This document shows, one piece after another, positions 27,173 through 32,000 of a DNA stretch of 32,000 nt. The notes beneath the pieces are model-generated. The model was given only the letters and a program-made list of their open reading frames with translations. It searched no databases and had not been told where the DNA came from. This DNA comes from Sinorhizobium meliloti (GTDB lineage Bacteria > Pseudomonadota > Alphaproteobacteria > Rhizobiales > Rhizobiaceae), in NCBI RefSeq assembly GCF_017876815.1, contig NZ_JAGIOS010000001.1, positions 390,001 through 422,000 of the forward strand. Direction: 5' to 3'. The position numbers and the translations under genes were made by a program. Within the stretch, counting starts at the first letter, position 1; every line of letters starts with the position of its first letter.

Positions 27173-27291
27173 GACGGATGCCTCTAGGTGGGAAATCGAA
27201 AGGGTGTCTGCCGCCCCAACATAGGGAGCGCCGGTTGCATTTGTCAGGGTGGAAGGCAAATTGCCGGCCTTCACCTTCGCCGTCCTCGCGC

Positions 27292-27987
27292 TCAGAGCAC
27301 CGCCCGCACGGCAGCAACGATCCGGTCGATCACGGGATTACCCTCGTGGGTGGCCTTGCGCGCCCGCACCAGGCAGGCCTCGGAGCGCAGGATCACACCG
27401 TCCGAAAGGATCTTCAGATGGTTGGCCTTGAGCGTCGATCCCGTCGAGGTGATGTCGACGATGATGTCGGCTGAGCCGGATGCCGGCGCGCCTTCGGTCG
27501 CTCCCAGGCTCTCGACGATGCGGTAGAGCTGGATGCCGTGGCTGCCCGAGAAGAATTGCTGCGTCAGCCGCCAGTATTTGGTGGCGATCGCCAGCCGCCG
27601 GCCGTGGCGCGCGCGGAAGTCCGCGGCGACATCGCCGAGGTCGGCCATGGTGTCGACGTCATACCAGATCTCGGGAACCGCGACGACCACATCGGCGTGA
27701 CCGAAGCCGAGCCGGGCGGCGAAGTCCACACGGGCATCGGCGTCCGCCAGGCCTTCGCGCACGAGGTCCTCGCCCGTGACGCCGAAATCGACCGCGCCGC
27801 TGCCGATCTCACGGGCGATTTCCGAGGCCGACAAATAGGCGATCTCGACGTCGTCCCATCCTTCAACGCGGCCCCGATAGGACCGGTCGCTGCCGACCGC
27901 CGCAATCTTCATCCCGGCGCGTTCGAAGATCGCCGAGGCCTCATCTTTCATTCGCCCCTTGGAGGGCAGCGCAATGGTGACGGTCAT
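27292..27987 (-). CDS. hisG: ATP phosphoribosyltransferase, short form (HisZ-dependent)
   Basis: 231 aa. [17 protein letters not shown]..., no C-terminal regulatory domain. Its start overlaps the hisZ stop (ATGA). Confidence 0.92.
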   Translation of the reverse strand: MTVTIALPSKGRMKDEASAIFERAGMKIAAVGSDRSYRGRVEGWDDVEIAYLSASEIAREIGSGAVDFGVTGEDLVREGLADADARVDFAARLGFGHADVVVAVPEIWYDVDTMADLGDVAADFRARHGRRLAIATKYWRLTQQFFSGSHGIQLYRIVESLGATEGAPASGSADIIVDITSTGSTLKANHLKILSDGVILRSEACLVRARKATHEGNPVIDRIVAAVRAVL

Positions 27988-29123
27988 TCCGCCCTCCCCG
28001 CAGCGATCGCCTGTTCTATCCGGTCGAGCCAGAGCGAAAAGCCGACGGCCGGAATATGCTCGCGGGCGCCGAGCAAGGTCAGGAGGCGGTCGAACCGGCC
28101 GCCGCCGGCGAGCACCGCCGGCGTGCCTTCGACCCCGATTTCGAAGACGAGCCCGGTGTAGTAATCAAGCGGCCGTCCGAAGGCGGCGCGGTAGCGCATC
28201 AGACCGGGATCGGCGCCGGCCCTTGCAAGCGCGGCCACGCGCGCATCGAAGAGCGCCAGCGCATCATCGATCTTCAGGCGCGCCTTGCCGGCGAAGCGGT
28301 GGAGCGCCGCCGGAGCATCGGCGAGCGGCAGATCGAGAGCCAGGAAGGCGCGCATGACGCCGAGCGCTTCCTTGTCCAGTCGGATGGCGGCGAGTTCGAC
28401 CTTTTCCTTCAGGCGCCGCGCTATGTCGCGGGGCGAGCGGCCCGCATTGGTCGAATAGCCGGTCGCCTTCATCGTCTCGCCGATATGGGCGACGAGCCGT
28501 TCTTCGTCCTCGAGCATGCCGAGCGCCGCGACGCGCTCGACGTCGTGACCGAAGACGCCGGGCGACTTCGGATCGGCGAGCGCCGCCAGGAGCCGTTCCA
28601 ACTGCTTTTGATCGCCGAAGGCATGGATGAGGCGCTTCTGCCAGCCCCCGGGCAGGCCGCAGGCTGCAATCACCGCTTCGAACACCGACTGGTCGCCGAG
28701 CGTCACTTTCAGCCGCTCGCCCGGCAATCGGTTGGCGAGGACGAACATCGCGTCGCCGACCACGCGGGCGTCAGCAGCGGCCGTATCCGGATCGCCAAGG
28801 TCTTCGATGCCCGCCTGATAGAATTCGCTCGATCCTTCGCGGCGCTGCCGGAACACCTCGCCCAGATAGGCGTAGCGCTGCGGCGTGCCGGTTGCGGTCT
28901 CGATATGCCGGAGGCAGACGGGAATGGTGAACTCGGGGCGCAGGCAAAGGCTCTCGCCGGTCTCGCTCTCGGTCATGAAGATGCGCCGGCGCAGATCTTC
29001 GCCGGCCATATCGAGGAAAGGCTCCGCCGGCTGGATGACCGGCGTATCGACGCGCAGCGTGTTCCGGCGCTCGAAGTCCGCAAGGAGGTCGCCGGCAAAG
29101 GCGGGAAGATTGATCAGAGGCAT
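27984..29123 (-). CDS. hisZ: ATP phosphoribosyltransferase regulatory subunit HisZ (HisRS paralogue)
   Basis: 379 aa with a class-II aaRS-like core lacking the anticodon-binding domain ([13 protein letters not shown]..., GGGRFD). It is translationally coupled to hisG. Confidence 0.9.
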   Translation of the reverse strand: MPLINLPAFAGDLLADFERRNTLRVDTPVIQPAEPFLDMAGEDLRRRIFMTESETGESLCLRPEFTIPVCLRHIETATGTPQRYAYLGEVFRQRREGSSEFYQAGIEDLGDPDTAAADARVVGDAMFVLANRLPGERLKVTLGDQSVFEAVIAACGLPGGWQKRLIHAFGDQKQLERLLAALADPKSPGVFGHDVERVAALGMLEDEERLVAHIGETMKATGYSTNAGRSPRDIARRLKEKVELAAIRLDKEALGVMRAFLALDLPLADAPAALHRFAGKARLKIDDALALFDARVAALARAGADPGLMRYRAAFGRPLDYYTGLVFEIGVEGTPAVLAGGGRFDRLLTLLGAREHIPAVGFSLWLDRIEQAIAAGRAE

Positions 29124-29128
29124 TGCGG

Positions 29129-30643
29129 TCAGCCCGCCCTTTTCCGGTCCTCGGCCTGTTCCGCCAGAATTTGGCGTACCTTCGCGACGAGTTCGCCTTC
29201 CGGAACGGAAACCTGCGCGACACGCGCCTCGCGCCAGGCGACATTATCCTCGATCTCGCCCGAGAGCCGCTTGCCTTCGATCAGGTCCTTGATCTGCACG
29301 ACGCCGGAGGCGCGCTCGTCACCCCCCTGGATCACGGCGATCGGCGATCCCCGACGGTCGGCATATTTGAGCTGATCGCCGAAGTTCTTCTTGTTGCCCT
29401 GGTACATTTCGGCGCGGATCCCGGCATGGCGAAGATCCTGCACGAAGCGCTGGTAGCGCCCCATGCTTTCGATATCGCGATCCATCACGCAAACGACAAC
29501 CGGAGCGGTGACCTGTTCGGCGCCCAGCTTGCCGAGATTCTTGAGTGCGGTCATCAGCCGCGAAACGCCGATCGAGAAGCCGGTCGCCGGCACCGGCTGT
29601 CCCATGAAGCGCGACACGAGGCCGTCGTAGCGGCCGCCGCCGCCGACGGAGCCGAAGACGACCTTCTCGCCCTTTTCATTGGTGACGGCGAACTGCAACT
29701 CCGCTTCGAAGACCGGGCCGGTATAATATTCGAGGCCGCGCACCACCGACGGGTCGATCTTGATGCGGTCCGCCTCGTAGCCGGCGCTGAGTACGAGACC
29801 GCGGATCGTGTTCAACTCGTTGACGCCCTCGGCGCCGCGAGCCGTTCCGGCGACGAGCGCCGCCAGTTCGTCCGCGCTCCTGGCATAGTCGGTGATCCCA
29901 ACGAAGAACAGGATCTTGCCGATCTGCTCCTCGTTGAGCCCGGCGCCCTTGGTGAAGTCGCCGCTCTCGTCCTTGCGCCCTTCGCCCAGCAACAGCCGCA
30001 CGCCTTCCGGACCGAACTTGTCGAGCTTGTCGATGGCGCGCAGCACCGTCAGCCGCGTATTCGTCTGCTCGACTCCGCCGAGACCGATCGCCTCCAGGAC
30101 GCCGTCGAGGACCTTGCGGTTGTTGACGCGGATCACGTAATCGCCGCGGGCAATGCCGAGCGCCTCCATCGTGTCGGCCATCATCATGCACATTTCGGCA
30201 TCGGCCTGCACGCCGGCGGCACCGACCGTGTCGGCATCGAACTGCATGAACTGGCGGAAGCGGCCCGGGCCCGGCTTCTCGTTGCGGAAAACGTAACCGG
30301 CGCGATAGGTACGATAGGGAAGCTGGATTTCATTGAAATTCTCGGCCACGTGACGTGCGAGAGGCGCGGTCAGATCGTAGCGCAGGCTCAGCCACTGGTC
30401 GTCGTCGTCGGTCAGCGAAAAGACGCCTTCATTCGGCCGGTCGCTGTCGGGCAGGAACTTGCCGAGCGCGTCGGTATATTCGAAGAGCGGCGTTTCCACC
30501 GGATCGAAGCCGTAGCGTTCATAGACCTCGCGGATTTTCGCGATCATCTCGTCGACGGCGCGAATGTCCGCGGCCGACCGGTCGACGAAGCCGCGCGGCA
30601 GGCGTGCCCTGAGCTTCTGCGTTTTCTTCTGTTTTTCATTCAT
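29129..30643 (-). CDS. hisS: Histidine--tRNA ligase
   Basis: Listed ORF 29129..30664 begins at TTG. The homology-consistent start is the ATG at 30641-30643 ([21 protein letters not shown]). Class II motifs are [29 protein letters not shown] and GGGGRYDGL. The stop lies 5 nt before the hisZ ATG. Confidence 0.93.
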   Translation of the reverse strand: MNEKQKKTQKLRARLPRGFVDRSAADIRAVDEMIAKIREVYERYGFDPVETPLFEYTDALGKFLPDSDRPNEGVFSLTDDDDQWLSLRYDLTAPLARHVAENFNEIQLPYRTYRAGYVFRNEKPGPGRFRQFMQFDADTVGAAGVQADAEMCMMMADTMEALGIARGDYVIRVNNRKVLDGVLEAIGLGGVEQTNTRLTVLRAIDKLDKFGPEGVRLLLGEGRKDESGDFTKGAGLNEEQIGKILFFVGITDYARSADELAALVAGTARGAEGVNELNTIRGLVLSAGYEADRIKIDPSVVRGLEYYTGPVFEAELQFAVTNEKGEKVVFGSVGGGGRYDGLVSRFMGQPVPATGFSIGVSRLMTALKNLGKLGAEQVTAPVVVCVMDRDIESMGRYQRFVQDLRHAGIRAEMYQGNKKNFGDQLKYADRRGSPIAVIQGGDERASGVVQIKDLIEGKRLSGEIEDNVAWREARVAQVSVPEGELVAKVRQILAEQAEDRKRAG

Positions 30644-30875
30644 TGAAAGCATTCCGGACTTCAAGCTTGGTCGGTGCCTTCCCTACCGGATCATGGCAGG
30701 GGCGGCAAGGGCGGCGACAAGCCGCGAGACCGCGCGCGTGCGGGCTTCCGGAACATTGCGGCGTTGCATGCGTTCCTGCGCCAAAGCTGCGATCACAATG
30801 CCGTGATTGTATATCTTACCGTTTACGCGTATAAGTTACGCAGCAGATCGAGCGCGAGTTTGGGGACTGAGCGAT

Positions 30876-31301
30876 ATGCTGAACTTCATGACACCGGGAT
30901 CCGGAGCCATAAAGCCTTTGAGTCCGGAGACGCACAGAGCCTGGACCCGCCGCGTCTCGCAGGCGGGCTGCCTGGTGGAGCCGTGGCGCTGCGACCTTTC
31001 CAGCGGCGCCTTCATGATAGGTTCCAAAACCGCCGCCCTCCTCGGACTGCGGCGCAATCCCTGCGGCATCATCGACCTTGTCAGGGCCTATGACAGAGGC
31101 GACCGGTCCACGATCCTGAATATTCTGGAACAGGCGACGGAAAGCTCCTCGTCCTTCTGCTTCTCGACCACCGTCCGCGGCGCAACGGGACATCCTTCCC
31201 CGCTTTATTGCATCGGCAATTCGACACTTACGGACGAGGGCGCAGAGGGTTCGCTCGAAGGCGTGTTCGCGCTACCCGAGACTGAAAAACCGAACGCGTA
31301 A
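30876..31301 (+). CDS. Hypothetical small protein with PAS-like fold (141 aa)
   Basis: Listed ORF 30807..31301 begins at TTG. The ATG at 30876 has GGGGA 9 nt upstream. The pattern W.CDL.SG.F..........LGL.......I..LV..YDRGDR..I...L......SSSF.F...V....G is reminiscent of PAS_3-type domains. The assignment is weak. Confidence 0.5.
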   Translation: MLNFMTPGSGAIKPLSPETHRAWTRRVSQAGCLVEPWRCDLSSGAFMIGSKTAALLGLRRNPCGIIDLVRAYDRGDRSTILNILEQATESSSSFCFSTTVRGATGHPSPLYCIGNSTLTDEGAEGSLEGVFALPETEKPNA

Positions 31302-31374
31302 CGGCGCGTGCCAATTTCCATCATCTTTGCATTCTGTCCCCCCGTCAGCGGCGGACTCGATGAAAGGAAACGAT

Positions 31375-31761
31375 ATGGTCCCCAAACGATTCATGGCTGC
31401 CCTGTTTCTCGCCGCCACATTCGCTGCTGCTCCCGCGCTCGCGCAGGAGACCGACCACGGCAGCATGCATCACGGTTCGGCAGAAAGCGGCGCGGCGGGT
31501 GACGCGTCCCCGTCGAGCAAGGCCTTCGCCGAGGCGAACGCCAAGATGCACAAGGACATGGACATCGCCTTCAGCGGCAATGCCGATCTCGATTTCGTAC
31601 GCGCCATGATCGCTCACCACCAGGGAGCGATCGACATGGCGAAGGTCGAGCTCGAACACGGCAAGGACGAAGCAATCCGCAAACTCGCCGATGACATCAT
31701 CAAGGCACAGGAAGCAGAGATCAGGATGATGAAGGAATGGCTGGCCCACAATGGCGGCTAG
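31375..31761 (+). CDS. Secreted DUF305 family protein (copper-associated four-helix protein)
   Basis: Listed ORF 31327..31761 begins at TTG. The ATG at 31375 has AAGGA 6 nt upstream. Signal peptide MVPKRFMAALFLAATFAAAPALA|QE, His/Met-rich HGSMHHGS and the DUF305 motif DLDFVRAMIAHHQGAIDMAK. Confidence 0.8.
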   Translation: MVPKRFMAALFLAATFAAAPALAQETDHGSMHHGSAESGAAGDASPSSKAFAEANAKMHKDMDIAFSGNADLDFVRAMIAHHQGAIDMAKVELEHGKDEAIRKLADDIIKAQEAEIRMMKEWLAHNGG

Positions 31762-31950
31762 AGCACCGTTAGGGACGTGCGCAGCCTTTTCTGTTCAAAG
31801 AAGACCGGGACGAACGTTTAACGTGACGAACGGAAAGATTTTCGCGTTTGGACCCGGTGCCACTCGGCTCCGAGGCGGCACCGATATTGACAGTGGGCCG
31901 CAAGCTCCTCTTCCATAGGCACAGGTGCCATGACGTCAAGAGGGGAAACG

Positions 31951-32000
31951 ATGACGATACCACCCGGTGCATCTCCACAATTGTACAACGAAGACCTCGC
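31951..32000 (+). CDS. Start of a possible NCS1-type permease (3'-truncated by the window end)
   Basis: ATG at 31951 is preceded by AGAGGGGA. The peptide MTIPPGASPQLYNEDL.. resembles the L.NEDLAP N-termini I associate with NCS1 transporters. An in-frame alternative ATG lies at 31930. Only 16 codons are visible. Confidence 0.3.
   Translation, partial: MTIPPGASPQLYNEDL

Noticed and set aside
24959-27187. A 742-aa plus-strand ORF across the reductase and GST genes. Similar long antisense ORFs occur at 6663..8177, 8146..9018, 9199..9963, 3464..4492, 4664..5560, 842..1837, 2482..3270, 10908..11693, 13692..14180, 15413..16102, 20377..21075, 28056..29375 and 29123..30646.
   Set aside because: I checked the coordinates modulo 3. 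Each is in exact antisense codon register with the well-supported gene(s) on the other strand. None shows conserved motifs or a convincing RBS.
31769-31978. A 69-aa minus-strand ORF at the right end of the window.
   Set aside because: It has a GTG start and no SD, overlaps the better-supported plus-strand start at 31951, and its composition is not protein-like.

Overview
This is a high-GC alphaproteobacterial chromosomal segment. The gene content and the GroEL/IleRS/HisZ sequences look Rhizobiaceae-like, possibly Sinorhizobium/Ensifer or a close relative; that is inference from memory, not a search. The window is almost entirely conserved housekeeping genes.

Gene order, left to right:
- mutL (5'-truncated) and a small DUF2093-like gene.
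- A long minus-strand cluster: pmbA, an inositol-monophosphatase-family gene, DUF4170, waaA, a HAD phosphatase and lpxK.
- A kefB-like K+ efflux gene, then a vapBC toxin-antitoxin pair.
- A patatin-like lipase, rsmD and rluB (with a very long basic tail).
- tadA, a GNAT acetyltransferase and a DUF3035/BamF-like lipoprotein.
- ileS, ribF, a class-IIA HAD and an orphan rhodanese-ChrB fusion.
- groES-groEL, with an RpoH-type promoter, a CIRCE operator and a terminator.
- A ferredoxin-reductase-like flavoprotein and a Nu-class GST.
- hisG(short)-hisZ-hisS.
- A PAS-like small protein, a secreted DUF305 protein and the first codons of a possible permease.

By eye I found no rRNA, tRNA, CRISPR, integrase or transposase.

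I found no convincing multi-gene novel system. The observations most worth a second look are:
- The vapBC cassette is bracketed by a duplicated piece of the kefB 3' end, which looks like an insertion scar.
- A roughly 430-bp structured non-coding region sits after the groEL terminator and contains tandem ~103-bp repeat units.
- Dispersed palindromic intergenic elements are present.
- A few housekeeping proteins carry atypical features: the RluB tail, the degenerate KefB KTN glycine motif and the lost Zn-finger cysteines of IleRS.

Nearly all the long extra ORFs in the track are antisense shadows in exact codon register with real genes. Start codons were chosen by homology from memory plus RBS inspection and may be off by a few codons.
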